A stretch of DNA of 63,912 nt, counting the filler, from Octopus bimaculoides (Eukaryota), in assembly GCF_001194135.2 (NCBI RefSeq). It is 5 parts of 4 records of this genome, joined end to end, with 100 filler letters (N's around TTAATTAATTAA, not from the genome) between each part and the next. Parts side by side here need not be neighbours in the genome. Positions count along the whole stretch, not along the records: positions 35,539 to 53,555 come from NC_068989.1; 4 more parts are not named here. The stretch is one strand, 5' to 3'. The notes beneath the pieces are model-generated. The model was not told the DNA's origin. It did no database searches and saw only the letters and a program-made list of their open reading frames with translations. The position numbers and the translations under genes are program-made. Below are positions 37,566 through 51,239 of this stretch, in pieces (position 1 is the stretch's first letter; each line of letters begins with the position of its first letter).

Positions 37566-38845
37566 TTGGGTTGTCCGGAAAGTTCTTGCCGATTTATAGT
37601 AGCTTACCTTTCGACTTGTTTTAGAACTTGATTGAGTCTATAATATAGGATTTGACTACACCTCCATTTAGAGCACCGTTTAAGTTAAGCTATCTTTTCG
37701 TGGGAGAAGGTTTATGTTCCTATAATCTGTGTTAATTCTGTAACCCTTTAAAATGGAATGATAAGAAAGTTCATTTTCGGCACTTGATGCTTTTCTTTTT
37801 CCGTAAAGTGAAAACTGCTTCACAAGCAACCAAAGAAATATACGCAATGTACGGTGATGTTTCTTTATCCGAAATAACTGTACGGAAGTGGTTCGTAAGG
37901 TTCAGAGCTGGAGATTGTAGCCTTATAGATAAAGAGCGATCAGCCATACCATCCACTACAAATGATGACCAAATCGAGTCATTAATTGAGAATATCCAAC
38001 ATTGCACAACCCGAAAATTGGCAGAAAGTCTCAACCTATCAAAATCCGTCGTTCATGAGCACCTGGTAAAGCTTGGGTACACAAATTCCTACGATGTTTG
38101 GGTACCACATGAGTTGAGTGAGAGGAACCTTTTGGATCGCATTTCCATCTGTGATTCGCTTTATAAATGGAATGAAAATGTGCCCTTCTTAAAGCAAACT
38201 GTGACAGGTGATTAGAAATCTATTATCTATCGAAATGTTCAGAGAAAGCGATCCTGGAGTAAGCTACATGAGCCACCCTTAGCCACCCCAAAAGCGGGCC
38301 TTCACCCTAAAAATGTCTTGCTTTGAGCCTGATGGTATTGGAAAGGAATTCTGTACTATGAGCTTCTCCCAAGTAACCAGACAATTAATTCTGAGAAATA
38401 CTGCACACAACTGGACGAGTTAAAAGCAGCAATTCAAGAGAACGTCCAGAATTGGCCAACAGGAAGGGTGTTGTTTTCCAGTATGATAATGCAAGACCAC
38501 ATGTTTTTGGGGGAACCAGACAAAATTTGCTGCAGCTGGGCTGGGATGTGTTACCCCACTCTCCATATTCACCAGATATTGCTCCTTCGTATTTCCACTT
38601 ATTCAGGTCTCTGCAGAATAGTCTTAATGCTAAAAATTTCAATTCCTTGGATAACGTAAAAAGATACCTTGATGAATTTTTTGTCATGAAACCACCTCAA
38701 TTCTGGGAAGAGGGTATTTTCAAGTTAAAAAAAAGATGGAGACGCATTGTGCAACAGCATGGTTCATATTTGGTTGATTAAAAATGTAATGGCAAGTATT
38801 TATTGACCTTTTTCTTTCCTTTAAAAACCGGCACGAACTTTCCGG
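37566..38845 (+). mobile_element. Full-length but inactive mariner with TIRs
   Basis: TIR ccggaaagttc(t/g)tgccg at both ends, with TA at 37564; transposase ~37753-38781 has WVPHEL, VTGD*, YDNARPH and YSPDIAPSYFHLF (third catalytic D lost); stops and frameshifts. Confidence 0.95.
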
Positions 38846-38855
38846 NNNNNNNNNN

Positions 38856-38898
<43 letters not shown>

Positions 38899-39558
38899 AA
38901 TTCGATGGCGTTAAGTCCTCATTAAGGATTATATAATCCAAGGCATTCCACTGGTTTAATCCGTATCATATAATGGTAAAGTCATTGGCATATGTTTAGG
39001 ATTACTGAATCTTTTTTAATTTTGAGGGAAAAACAAGGAGCAGAAAATGGAGAATAAATGGGTGTAAGTACTGATTTATTTGCATGTTGTAGGAAGATGA
39101 CGTCTGTTTTTGAAAACAAAAACATTACAAATAAATAAATAAACTGATCGGAAGTTGAAAGCTCATAGAGAGTTAAGAAATACATAAGAAAGAACTTATA
39201 CATATGTTTCTGTCGAACCATTTTGTTGATAGGAATCTCCAAGCATGTTGTTTAATGCCAAGGAATGTTGTTTAATGCCATTCACGAAGCAAGTGAAATC
39301 TAACATAATTTTAATAACACACAAGATAATTAATATACACTTCAACTTAAATAAAAACAAATACAGTGAATTACTTCATAGCGGTTGTTTCCAATATGGC
39401 TTTTCAGTAACTCGCACTCTATTTAGATAATATCATCTATTAACTCTGCTAAACTAGATAAATCTTACGCTAAACGTACAGCACATCAGCTTAACAATCA
39501 AGGGAAAATCACTCGCCCCAACCAACATGAAAATCCCTCTGATAATATTAGTAACTTT

Positions 39559-39770
39559 TGTGATTGTATAATTAAAGAACAGTGTAAATTTAATAATCAT
39601 TGCCAAAAAAATGTTAGCAAGCCACCGTGGAAGCTGCCGGTAAACACTACTCTTCTATCGGTTCTTTATTAACACCAAGCTCGCGTACCATGAGCTTACT
39701 TTTCAAAATCCAAAGAAACTTTCATAAACTAGCCTGAGTAGTTTTAAAATTAGATGCAAAGTTTTATATA
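39559..39770 (+). mobile_element. Decayed Penelope-like element GIY-YIG endonuclease fragment
   Basis: CDCIIKEQCKFNNHCQKNV, then frameshifted ATVEAAGKHYSSIGS and KLAYHELTFQNPKK; matches the PLE pattern CxC..C..C..NVVY.A.V..YIG..F..RY..H..SF. Confidence 0.55.
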
Positions 39771-40859
39771 AGGCCAAACCCTTCCATCACCAGATAAATA
39801 CTGTGACCTATGTACAACTGAACACTATAGAATTCCTTTTTCTACTAAAAACTATTAAGTGAGAGAGTCGGGAAATTCTCTCCATGCCTTCACACTCATA
39901 GATAACTTTGTTATAAATTCCACTAAATCTTTATATAATCACTACATCAATTATATATGATATATTTATACCAATATTTATTTTTATTTTATTTCTCTAA
40001 ATTTTATATTTTATATTTTCATCTTCTTACTATCATATTTTATTTTGTTTCAATATATCTATATTATTCTCATACTTTATTCGTCTTTTTATCTTTTTCT
40101 ATTTATTTATTTAATCCTGAATTTATTGATACAAACCTTACTTTCCTCATGAAGACCACTGCATGTGTTATATGGTTACTCTTTTTTGAAATCCTAATTA
40201 TAAACGTACCTCTATGATTTTTTAAAACACGCTCATTCTATTTGTTTATTTTCATATTTTGCATGATTTGATCCAAATTTCTTTATATTAATTGTACTCA
40301 TGAGTAACACGGTGCACATATGAAACAATTCCTTTTGTACCGTAATGTACTATTAGTTATTATTTATATTCACTACATTAGCCATTCAAAGTTCACAACC
40401 TGTACCTCCTTTTCGTTTTTGGAGCCAACACTTTTTTAAAAAATTGCTTAATGGAAATCCTAATTGGTTGCGTACGTAATTTCACATCCATAACTTTCGT
40501 TTTTTTATAAATCCAAAACCGATGCACATCGACATTTATTCACAAAAAATATATAGATAATCTAATCACCGTCTTCTTGTTATTTTTCCTTCTCTGTCGG
40601 TTTCCTTTTCAGAATATAGACAACACGTTTGTATACACATATCAAAATGACTTAATACCTTCCTCATAGTAATTAATTTCTTAACGAGAACCCCTATATA
40701 TTCTCATTCTAGTTTCTAACCTTCTAACGCTATTAAAATAACATTTATTTCTATTTTTATTTTTATCAAACCCTTGTACAATAACCTTAAACATGAGTAA
40801 TTATATATTATTAATTACCACATTCTTCTTTTTCCCCTTCTTTGATTACTCTATTATTG

Positions 40860-41030
40860 GAAGTAAGAAGGTCAGCCTTGTATAGCATAGAAAATTGCAA
40901 AGATAAAGCACTGTACATGGACTTGAGAAAGAATGATTTTGAAAATAGGTGGTTAAAGAAAAGAATGCATGGACAATTTCATAGGAATGTTGAAGATAAA
41001 ACAGGCGGAGTAAAAAGATGGCTATGGATG
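40860..41030 (+). mobile_element. R4/Dong-like LINE fragment
   Basis: RWLKKRMHGQFHRNVEDKTGGVKRWLWM resembles the W..K.(L/M)HGQF.R...W.W post-RT block. Confidence 0.65.
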
Positions 41031-41214
41031 ACTATAATAATTTTAATTTTCTGTACACCTCTGGTAGTATGCGTTTTCATGCACGTTCACCGTATTCGGT
41101 ACCAGATGTCTTTCGCAGTGTGGATATAGGTGCCACTGAATCTACTTCAGGAATTCCCTCGTACCCGTCGTGTTTGTAACATATGAGAGAGAAAAAAGAA
41201 AATGAATGATTAAT

Positions 41215-41940
41215 AAATTAATCGTTATGATCATTTCGAGTCATCGTGCACCCGTCCCTCACGGATGAAATTCTGTATAAATTGATGTGCCTCATCAGGT
41301 GACTTGTCAAATGGTACCTGGTTCTTTAATCTCTGTTTCGCTTATTTCGATTAGAATACATTGTGGTATTTGCGTTTAACTGGTGTCAAGCAAGAAAAAA
41401 GCATGAGTTGGAATGAGTTAGAATGAAGAACAATTCAGTTATAGGTTGTAAACCTACTTACAAAGAACCATAAATAAGTAGACAATGAACAAGCAAATCA
41501 AGTACTATGCTTTGCATTGATAAAAAGATACGTTAAATAAAGTAATAAAATTATAAAACAGCTATGTATCAGACAAAAAACAGGGTTATTTTATCATTTT
41601 ATGGTTTTTATTTAACGTATCTCTTTATGGGTGCGAATCATTGTACACATTTTATTTACGGTTCTTTGTACGTAGGTGCATAACCTATAAGAGAACTGTT
41701 GTTAATTTTATCTCATTCTAACTCATGTTTTCTCTTGTATGCGAGTGCCTATTAACAAATACCACAATATATTCTAATCGAAATAACCAAAACGCAGATT
41801 AAACAACGAGGTGCCTTTTGACAAAGCACTCGACGTAGCACAACTACACCGAATGATGCACCACAAGAATTTGAAGAGAATCTCACCCGTGAGGGACCGA
41901 TGCACGACGGATAAAAACGATCGTAGTGATAAATAAAAAA
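41215..41940. repeat. ~730-bp diverged palindrome made of two inverted Penelope-like terminal repeats
   Basis: Arms ~41215-41555 and ~41600-41940 share tttaacgtatct, ggttctttgta.gtagg, ctcatt.aactcatg, caaataccacaat.tattctaatcgaaataa and ccgtgagggac. Confidence 0.8.
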
Positions 41941-42027
41941 TCTCCCGAATTCCATTTTTTTTCTCTTTCTCTATTATGTTATGTACATATATGCACACAC
42001 ACACACACACACATATACATATATATG

Positions 42028-42065
<38 letters not shown>

Positions 42066-42101
42066 TGTGTGTGTGTGTGTGTATGTCTGCACATGTATAT
42101 T

Positions 42102-42158
<57 letters not shown>

Positions 42159-42204
42159 GCAGACAGACAGACAATTAGACAGATAGATAGATACATACAT
42201 ACGG

Positions 42205-42425
42205 TGAGCATTTCGACGGCAGTGAGCTGGCAGAAACGTTAGCACACCGGGCGAAATGCTTAGCAGTATTTCGCCTGCCGTTACGTTCTGAGTTCAAATT
42301 CCGCCAAGGTCGACTTTGCCTTTCATCCTTTTGGCGTCGATAAATTAAGTACCAGTTACGCACCCTTTGTCTGTCCTTGTTTGTCCCCTCTATGTTTAGC
42401 CCCTTGTGGGCAATAAAGAAATAAG
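42205..42425 (+). mobile_element. Young octopus-type SINE copy
   Basis: gtgagctggcagaaacgttagcacaccgggcgaaatgcttagc...gagttcaaattccgcc...gtcgataaattaagtaccagtt; same family as the 975-1155 copy. Confidence 0.85.
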
Positions 42426-43327
42426 ATACATACATACATAGATTTATATTTATTTATTACTATATACTCAAGTAAATATGTAAACATGCATCACATCAGC
42501 TCAAGTATCCTAACACCTTTATATGTATTTGTGTTTCCAATTTCGTAACTCACTATTCAATTAAAACTATGTTGTAATGTGTGCGATGGAATCCTTGATG
42601 CATTAAGTCAAGGAGTTTCAGAGAATTAAAATTCTAATGAACTTAATGAATTTACCATTAGTGACAAGGACAGTCATTATTTGAACACTACTTGTAATAA
42701 TCTGACAGGGAAGAAACAAGCCCTAAATTTCAAATGATTTAAATTAAACCACAAATGCAATATTATTGATGGTTGATCATCAGCAGTACAATCGCTTCAT
42801 GGATTAGCTTTCTTGGGCCTCATGATCAATGCATAGTTACACGGATATTGCTATTATTAGATCATTATAGACGTATGATAAATGAACATAGAGTAATGTG
42901 ATAACTTAAAGGAGTGCTTGCGGGAGATTATTCAGGAACACATGCTAACGTAAATTTAATGCTAGAAATGGTACAAGCAGGAATATTATATAAGTCAATA
43001 AAATTTGGATAAACTTATATCATTAGCAATGAGAAACGTCATTAACTAGATGATGAATCCTTGTCAGGATAAGGTATTTGGGGACAATCCCAGAAATTAA
43101 TTAATAAAACTCAGTTGAATGAGAAATACAGTTAGAGATAAATCTGATTCTTAGCTGCGTGATGTCATTACAGTATATTTTCTTATATATATATATTCCT
43201 GTTACATCAGAGACATAAGGAAAGTAGAGATATTAGTACAATTCTTGTCAAATCAAAATCATCGGCGTTGTAACGTAAGATAACCAGTCCGAGAAACTTT
43301 AATATACATACATATGTTCATATATAA

Positions 43328-45124
43328 CACTGGCCAACAAATTATTTTCTGCTGACCTACGTTTTAGACCTGTTGTGGGGTAATTAGGGTCACTGCGTTT
43401 TAAAATAGCAATAGTTTTTTTTCTATCACGTCTAGCTCCTTCTGTATGGACTGGTCCATATTGGCCCCACCCGTAGCTCTATGTTTAAAATGTTTGAATT
43501 TTCCTGACTCTCTTTGTTATATATGCGGGTGTTTTACAGTACCAAGTCAAAGAATGAACGCTAGTGTCATTGTGAAAAGATCCTACTTGACTTACTTAAA
43601 GTTGGTAATCAGGATGAATTGTGGGCCCGCACAATGTATGTAAACCCTACATCGAAAATCTACGCCAATGGACAAATAATACCACAAGGAAACAACTAAC
43701 ATTGGTATTCCTATGATATAGTGGGAGCGAAAGAACCATAGAAGCGATTGCTACTTTTGTCTCACAAAGACGTCTGGTCATAGCAAGAGAACGTGGCAGA
43801 AAATACGTTATCCAAATCTGGATTCGACAATTCATCCAGTGCTTCACTTAGATGGAATACCAGTACTCGTTTTCAAGGATCTACCTTCACTGTGAGGTGA
43901 AAGTGGTATATGTGAAGTAGATGTAAATCATGAACATGACAATGATTAGACTTTGTAGAAACATCAGCCAAAAAACGTGAAAACTTCAACCAGACAGAAC
44001 TTAATGATTTAGTTAGAGACCTAGGACTGTCAACAGAGTTATTAGGCTAATGGAACATGCACATGACTGCAGACGAGGCTGAAAGAGAAGAATTTGTTGC
44101 AGAAAGAAACAAACGTGACTTTGTTATCGGAACAAGGAAAAAGTTTCTTGGCATTGTTTACAGTTGGAAAAGATTTTGTTTACTGTTGTGACGTGGCGAG
44201 ACTGTTAAACCTGATGGGTGTTGAACAGTATGATCCTAGAGAATGGAGGCTCTTCATAGATAGTACAATGAAGAGTCTAAAAAATGTGTATTGCTCTATA
44301 ATGGAAACTTGTTTGATGCGCTTCCTATTGGTCACTCTGTACACTTAAAAGAGGATTATGATCACAGAAAAGTTGTATTAAATTTACTTAATTATGATGA
44401 GCAGAAAGTTAACGAAATGCAAGAATTTCTCCAGTTCGATGTCTGACATAGGAAAAAGAGCATGGGTTTCATTTGCCACTGTTATGAAAGGATTTTTAGG
44501 GAGCGTAAAGGTTGTAAACTACAAGAATTTGGTGGAGACATTAGTTGATAGCTTTCATCTTCTAGGCTGCAACATGAGCATAAAGCTTCATTTCCTCAAT
44601 AACCATCTCGATGAATTTCCTGCTAGTCTCGTAGACATGAGCGATGAGCATGGTGAATGATTTCATCAAGCAATAAAGATTATGGAGGAGAGATATCAAG
44701 TCTGATGGAACATACACATGACGGCAGACTACTGTTGGAATATTCAAAGAGACTGTGTAAACATAAAAGACTCTAGACGCTCTCGCAAGCGGAAATTTGT
44801 TCCGTGGATATGAAAGTATGTGTATGGTGGTTTCTGTTTTATCCATCATATTAGAACGTTAACAGAAGGTATTTAGTAAAAGTTAATGCTATCTTACATT
44901 TCATATTCTATTGACGTTATAACTTATGGTTTGAAGCTATAAAACTTATTGAACTATCCTGACCAGATAAATTATTTATACAGTACTTCATAAAATAGAG
45001 TTATGCTATAGAATGAAAACCTGATGTATTAGGAAACAATGGATGCCAAATTGGAAATCAGCAACTCAAAATGAACTAAAAACAATCCCAAAACCGAAGT
45101 CAGCAAAAAGTGTGTTGACCAGTG
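43328..45124 (+). mobile_element. Chapaev3 (CMC superfamily) DNA transposon, internally deleted
   Basis: TIRs cactggccaaca..ctgctgac / gtcagc..tgttgaccagtg; 3-bp TSD TAA on both sides; motifs CLNFPDSLCYICG, KNHRSDCYFC, EWRLFIDS, LGCNMSIKLHFL..HLDEFP..DMSDEHGE and HMTADYCW. Confidence 0.85.
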
Positions 45125-47531
45125 TAATATGATATACACACTCATACATAAATATAATATATATATATAGAAATGTATATGTACTTACGTGTTCGTATAT
45201 ATATATATATATATATATATNNNNNNNNNNNNNNNNNNNNNNNNNNNNNNNNNNNNNNNNNNNNNNNNNNNNNNNNNNNNNNNNNNNNNNNNNNNNNNNN
45301 NNNNNNNNNNNNNNNNNNNNNNNNNNNNNNNNNNTATATATCAATGAGAGATTGAAACCTTGTGAGAGAAGAATGAAACTGTCTGATAGAAAGAAAATTG
45401 ATAAGCTGTCAGTATCTCTGGAGACGTTCAATTCTTGAGTAAGCAATATTGTTTTGATGTTTTTAAATTTTTTAAATGAAATGTTCTGCATAGGGAACAT
45501 GATATTTTTTACTTAGTATTTATACACAAACTGTTGTTTCCTAATGAAATAATTATAGGAAAGTTTTTTTTTATTATCTATTTAGTCTAGAAATATCTTC
45601 CTGAAGATTTCTTATGAAGATGTAATGAAAAGATTCTGAAATCAATAACTCTCCAGCGAAAGAATAATTATTTTTAAAATATTACAAATCTACGGTAAAA
45701 TATAATATTTATATCCTCAAATAAATCTGTCTTTTCCTTTTCGCACAAGTAAACAATAAATTAAAATGATATAAAAGACTATGTATTCTGCTCCGGAGAC
45801 AGAACGTAAACTATTTTAAAGATTTATACAATACAAGAACGTGACTCGTATTGAAAAATCGACGATTGCATATTCGGTATTCAAAAATGTGATATTTCAA
45901 ATATAAATTTGCAATTTGCTAAAGTTTCACATATAAATTATTTATAAATATATCAACCGCATCTTCTAATACGATATTTAATATGCCAAGTAAAATTCTT
46001 TTGTAGATAAACTTTCTTCAAAAACGTTCAATTGACACATAGCTTTTCCTAAGTAGTTGTGTTGCCTAAATCTCTAACATCCTATCAATTTTTCTATTTG
46101 GAGTAAATAAATTACACTACGATTTCGTGTAAGAAACAATTCCTCTACAAATTTATTAAAATACACAAAGAACCAAGAATTAGAAAACTATAATCAATTA
46201 GAACTAGTGATGCCCCTAGTTGGAACTGTCAGAACACCTACCTATTTGTGCTACACGGACGTTTTATGAGTCTGTAGACAAAACATACAAGATATATACT
46301 TATGTTTATAGATATATACCTCATGGAAAAAGGAGTTTGTGAAGTAGGTTAAATAAACGATTGTAAATCGGAATTGAATAGACTTTGCATATTATATTCG
46401 TGTTATTATATAAACAGCCACTACACAATTATATTTTGCTGCAGAACATCAGCCAGTTCGATTAAATTGATCTTTCTAATAAATCTGAATAATAAATTTA
46501 TTTATTTGAGTCCTTTTGAACACCTAGTGACCTTACACTTGAAACATTGGTGTTTAAATATTACTATTCCGATTGTTATTCTACTTTATGATAAGTATAG
46601 TATTTAACTTTAATCGTTAGAAGAAATATTAAGGCTATTTCACTCCCACTTGGTTGTCACTTTCTGCGATATGTTGACGACGGCTATTATAAAGGTCATT
46701 TTTACATGTAATAATATTGATAATTATAAAGATGATAACAAAAATGGTTGTAATGATGATTATGAGGATGTTGATGATGATGATGATGATGATGTTGACG
46801 ATGACGATGACGTTGACTATAATGATGATGACTATAGTGATATAGTGTGGAGGACCAGGGTTGCTTGTGATGATAATGATGACGACGGAGACGACGATGT
46901 AATCAAGGCATTGCAAATAGCACACGCTACGAGTACAGTTTCACTACAAAACATGCTATATAGTATTCTATAATGCAGTTGAATCAAAGCTTTGACAATT
47001 GCCCCACTAGAATGGTTAGAATGATTTTGTCTTTTAATTTTCGTTTATAGTAATAATGAAAGCAACAGTTATATACTGAGATTCATTTAGCCGAATAAAC
47101 CTTCCCTCAAAATGTACGGCCTTTTGACAAATTTAGAAATCACTGATTCATCTTGAATAATTGTGACGCTCTGCTTTGTTTTGTATTGCGTGAACATATA
47201 TAGCCCAATTATAGCCCAATGTATTAGCAAACAATGGAACATATTTCAATCCGAAATTGCCCAAAATTTAATGTTTCATGGGCATAATTAGACAGGTATT
47301 GGTGAAAATCCGAAAGATCTCAAAAAATTTGAGAGTGCGAATGATTTCAAAATGTCTTTAAATATTTTGGAGGAAGAGCTTTTATGAAACAGAAACATCC
47401 ATAATTCACAATAAGCGATTGTAGAAGAGCGGAAGCTAGCCATTAATGGTTTGTATATTTTGGATTCATGGTCTAAGTTTTGTGCAAGGTTTTGCCAAAT
47501 TAGTGAAAATATTTGATCTTAGGTACGAAAT

Positions 47532-47670
<139 letters not shown>

Positions 47671-48769
47671 NNNNNNNNNNNNNNNNNNNNNNNNNNNNNN
47701 NNNNNNNNNNNNNNNNNNNNNNNNNNNNNNNNNNNNNNNNNNNNNNNNNNNNNNNNNNNNNNNNNNNNNNNNNNNNNNNNNNNNNNNNNNNNNNNNNNNN
47801 NNNNNNNNNNNNNNNNNNNNNNNNNNNNNNNNNNNNNNNNNNNNNNNNNNNNNNNNNNNNNNNNNNNNNNNNNNNNNNNNNNNNNNNNNNNNNNNNNNNN
47901 NNNNNNNNNNNNNNNNNNNNNNNNNNNNNNNNNNNNNNNNNNNNNNNNNNNNNNNNNNNNNNNNNNNNNNNNNNNNNNNNNNNNNNNNNNNNNNNNNNNN
48001 NNNNNNNNNNNNNNNNNNNNNNNNNNNNNNNNNNNNNNNNNNNNNNNNNNNNNNNNNNNNNNNNNNNNNNNNNNNNNNNNNNNNNNNNNNNNNNNNNNNN
48101 NNNNNNNNNNNNNNNNNNNNNNNNNNNNNNNNNNNNNNNNNNNNNNNNNNNNNNNNNNNNNNNNNNNNNNNNNNNNNNNNNNNNNNNNNNNNNNNNNNNN
48201 NNNNNNNNNNNNNNNNNNNNNNNNNNNNNNNNNNNNNNNNNNNNNNNNNNNNNNNNNNNNNNNNNNNNNNNNNNNNNNNNNNNNNNNNNNNNNNNNNNNN
48301 NNNNNNNNNNNNNNNNNNNNNNNNNNNNNNNNNNNNNNNNNNNNNNNNNNNNNNNNNNNNNNNNNNNNNNNNNNNNNNNNNNNNNNNNNNNNNNNNNNNN
48401 NNNNNNNNNNNNNNNNNNNNNNNNNNNNNNNNNNNNNNNNNNNNNNNNNNNNNNNNNNNNNNNNNNNNNNNNNNNNNNNNNNNNNNNNNNNNNNNNNNNN
48501 NNNNNNNNNNNNNNNNNNNNNNNNNNNNNNNNNNNNNNNNNNNNNNNNNNNNNNNNNNNNNNNNNNNNNNNNNNNNNNNNNNNNNNNNNNNNNNNNNNNN
48601 NNNNNNNNNNNNNNNNNNNNATGAATTTTTTTTTTCTTAAATACATGTTTTACCTGTGAATTTGCGTGTGTAAACTGGGAATTCATACAACGAGTTTCTC
48701 TGCCCTAGGTGTACGGAAAACACTCGGCGAGAAATGGAAGAAAATTTGAAGAAAGAAAAAAAACAACAC

Positions 48770-48835
<66 letters not shown>

Positions 48836-48836
48836 T

Positions 48837-48869
<33 letters not shown>

Positions 48870-48877
<8 letters not shown>

Positions 48878-49442
48878 AGTCCCGATGCAGTACCAGGCAG
48901 TGGCTCTATGCCCTGATGCAGTACCAGGCAGTGGCTCTCATGGTTTTCATCTGAACTGATCAGATGTGTTACTATGTATAAGTTCTGTCTTAGTATAAAA
49001 GATGGGCTACAGCAAATATTCTGCTCGATACTACAGATTTGCTTGTCAGTTGTTTCACCTTAACCAGTTAGTGGCTAACGATACTTGCATCTCTGATCAA
49101 GATCAGATGTAGTGGAGGAGTATCATAGCCATGTGATACTGTGGGGTTTGAATAATTCACTTCTGGAAACACAGGTTTTTCGCTCATCATCCTGAAATAA
49201 ATCTTACTTAGGGACCTTTTGAGCGAGATGGGCTACTCGACATGAAGAAAATTCTAGCTAGGCCCCCGCCTGCAAGGTCATGCGCTGTTTATCTTGATAT
49301 GAGATCTCTATGTGACGCACATATTGTTGTGGTGCATGTGCCTGGTATATTCATATCAGACGGGTAGCAATGATGGTTGTATTGGGCTTCGTATATTTGT
49401 ACCTCAGTGTCAGTTTGATAGCGGGCGCTGCACTCTCACTCA
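48870..49442 (+). mobile_element. ~570-bp interspersed repeat embedded in (AAT/GAT)n tracts
   Basis: Bounded by microsatellites; gatgcagtaccaggcagtggctct is duplicated at its 5' end; recalled as an abundant octopus repeat (not database-checked). Confidence 0.6.
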
Positions 49443-49453
49443 ATGACAACAAA

Positions 49454-49494
<41 letters not shown>

Positions 49495-49516
49495 CAACAA
49501 CAACAACAACAACAAC

Positions 49517-49551
<35 letters not shown>

Positions 49552-50173
49552 TTACAACAACAACAACAATATTAGTCGAAGTGGCAGCATATTTTATGAT
49601 GCACATGAAGACAGAGAACTTTATTTTAAAAGGAGAACCACAGATGTCTTTTCTAAAAGTGATGTCTTTCTCAGAAGATCGAGGACTCCTGTACCCCGTG
49701 TAACAGTTCTGAGACCTAGAATATAAGACGAGGTTTAAGACTGTCCCACGGGCTAAAGGAATCTATTTAGCAGCACGAGACCTATGAGCACATGTAGCAG
49801 TGGTGCACCACAGCCTTTCGGCCGAAACGTTTTCTGGTTTTTTATTTATATGTGTGTGTGTGTGTGTGTGTATGTGTGTATGTTTGAGTGTGTATATGTA
49901 AGGTCATAAGAGCAGGAAATTTGTAAGCTTCGAGCAGTCCGTGATAGGCATATAAAACAACATTCAGGAACAATAATTTATTGGCATGGAAGGTTTTAAG
50001 CTTACTATTTAGCAACTTGAACTCCAGTTTAGCTTACTGTTTGTAACTTGAATTGCAATGAATGCGAAAAAGAATCGAAATTGAGGTACTGGAGCAGGTA
50101 AAATTCTGGCTAGATAATTATTCAATGTGGGGTACTCAGTGAGCTGTTCATCAGGCCGAAGATACATTAATTA

Positions 50174-50275
50174 TATAAAGGTTACACTGTCGTTAAGGAA
50201 TTCGAAGTTTACTGGCCTAAGACATAATTTGACATTTTTTTTTCATAATTACTTAACGACAGTGTAATCTTCATA
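50174..50275. repeat. Small inverted repeat / mini-MITE
   Basis: Perfect 16-bp IR ttacactgtcgttaag (50182-97) / cttaacgacagtgtaa (50252-67), extendable to ~24 bp. Confidence 0.8.
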
Positions 50276-51239
50276 TGGTTCAGGTATGTTCGGACTAAGT
50301 ACCCCTCGTTTAGTAATTATTACATCAGAGGATCTGAACTTTACTAGCACCACCCTCATTTTAGATTTAAATATGTATATGTATGTATGTATTATNNNNN
50401 NNNNNNNNNNNNNNNNNNNNNNNNNNNNNNNNNNNNNNNNNNNNNNNNNNNNNNNNNNNNNNNNNNNNNNNNNNNNNNNNNNNNNNNNNNNNNNNNNNNN
50501 NNNNNNNNNNNNNNNNNNNNNNNNNNNNNNNNNNNNNNNNNNNNNNNNNNNNNNNNNNNNNNNNNNNNNNNNNNNNNNNNNNNNNNNNNNNNNNNNNNNN
50601 NNNNNNNNNNNNNNNNNNNNNNNNNNNNNNNNNNNNNNNNNNNNNNNNNNNNNNNNNNNNNNNNNNNNNNNNNNNNNNNNNNNNNNNNNNNNNNNNNNNN
50701 NNNNNNNNNNNNNNNNNNNNNNNNNNNNNNNNNNNNNNNNNNNNNNNNNNNNNNNNNNNNNNNNNNNNNNNNNNNNNNNNNNNNNNNNNNNNNNNNNNNN
50801 NNNNNNNNNNNNNNNNNNNNNNNNNNNNNNNNNNNNNNNNNNNNNNNNNNNNNNNNNNNNNNNNNNNNNNNNNNNNNNNNNNNNNNNNNNNNNNNNNNNN
50901 NNNNNNNNNNNNNNNNNNNNNNNNNNNNNNNNNNNNNNNNNNNNNNNNNNNNNNNNNNNNNNNNNNNNNNNNNNNNNNNNNNNNNNNNNNNNNNNNNNNN
51001 NNNNNNNNNNNNNNNNNNNNNNNNNNNNNNNNNNNNNNNNNNNNNNNNNNNNNNNNNNNNNNNNNNNNNNNNNNNNNNNNNNNNNNNNNNNNNNNNNNNN
51101 NNNNNNNNNNNNNNNNNNNNNNNNNNNNNNNNNNNNNNNNNNNNNNNNNNNNNNNNNNNNNNNNNNNNNNNNNNNNNGTTATCCCATAAGCAATGTCTGA
51201 ATTTTGGGTAAGAAAAGAAGCTATCCAATTTTGCATTTT

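Noticed and set aside
46650-46973. Asp-rich 107-aa ORF
   Set aside because: Decayed (GAT)n microsatellite with no splice or homology support
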